Below are positions 35,675 through 35,842 of a stretch of 35,842 nucleotides of DNA, one piece after another; the first letter of the stretch is position 1, and each line of letters begins with the position of its first letter. A model generated the notes under the pieces. The model did no database searches, had not been told where the DNA came from, and worked only from the letters and a program-made list of their open reading frames with translations. The position numbers and the translations under genes were made by a program. Origin of the DNA: an uncultured bacterium (GTDB taxonomy: Bacteria; Hydrogenedentota; Hydrogenedentia; Hydrogenedentales; JAEUWI01); contig CAXBPH010000039.1 in assembly GCA_963977445.1 (NCBI GenBank), positions 1 through 35,842 on the forward strand, read 5' to 3'.

Positions 35675-35842
35675 ACACGCTTCGGGTTGCCAGCTGATCC
35701 ACGAACAAGCGGTTGTGGGAAACGAGGATCATGTCCTGCCTGGTTTCGCGGAGTATCTCGGTCAAGCGTTTTTCGGTCCGCTCATCCAGTCCCGCCGTGG
35801 GCTCATCTAGCAAGAGCACATCGGGCTCCATGGCCAATACGG
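35643..35842 (-). CDS. ECF-type (CbiO/NikO-like) ABC ATPase, 3' end only
   Basis: LAMEPDVLLLDEPTAGLD...VSHN. The 5' part lies beyond the window. Confidence 0.8.
   Translation of the reverse strand, partial: VLAMEPDVLLLDEPTAGLDERTEKRLTEILRETRQDMILVSHNRLFVDQLATRSVSIGNQDTVHK

Overview
Bacterial window. The left ~28.6 kb looks like accessory or island DNA, and ordinary chromosomal genes follow. From left to right: (1) a REP-like repeat mosaic (1-715); (2) a DUF262/GmrSD-HNH nuclease and a Schlafen/AlbA_2 protein that share a homologous C-terminal wHTH tail; (3) the 3' part of a type 2 BREX/Pgl system (pglY, pglZ, brxD, brxHI), with pglW and pglX not in the window; (4) a small serine recombinase plus an RHH gene, preceded by a 28-bp crossover-site-like palindrome; (5) a secreted beta-propeller-like protein behind a sigma-54 promoter motif; (6) the most novel-looking part, a minus-strand three-gene unit encoding a secreted dockerin-like/MACPF protein, a cohesin-dockerin adaptor and a membrane-anchored cohesin/BACON scaffold, preceded by a consensus sigma-54 promoter, two GTGT-N11-ACAC candidate enhancers, an FHA-GAF-AAA+ sigma-54 activator and a decayed Ser/Thr kinase; (7) an IS630 scrap and a 45-bp 3' fragment of a CAT-anticodon tRNA (probable attR); (8) a two-component pair, a znuABC-type metal transporter, a Fur/Zur regulator and the end of an ECF-type ATPase. 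The C-terminal sorting-like tail suggests Candidatus Hydrogenedentota, but this is tentative. All domain calls come from reading motifs by eye; no searches were run.
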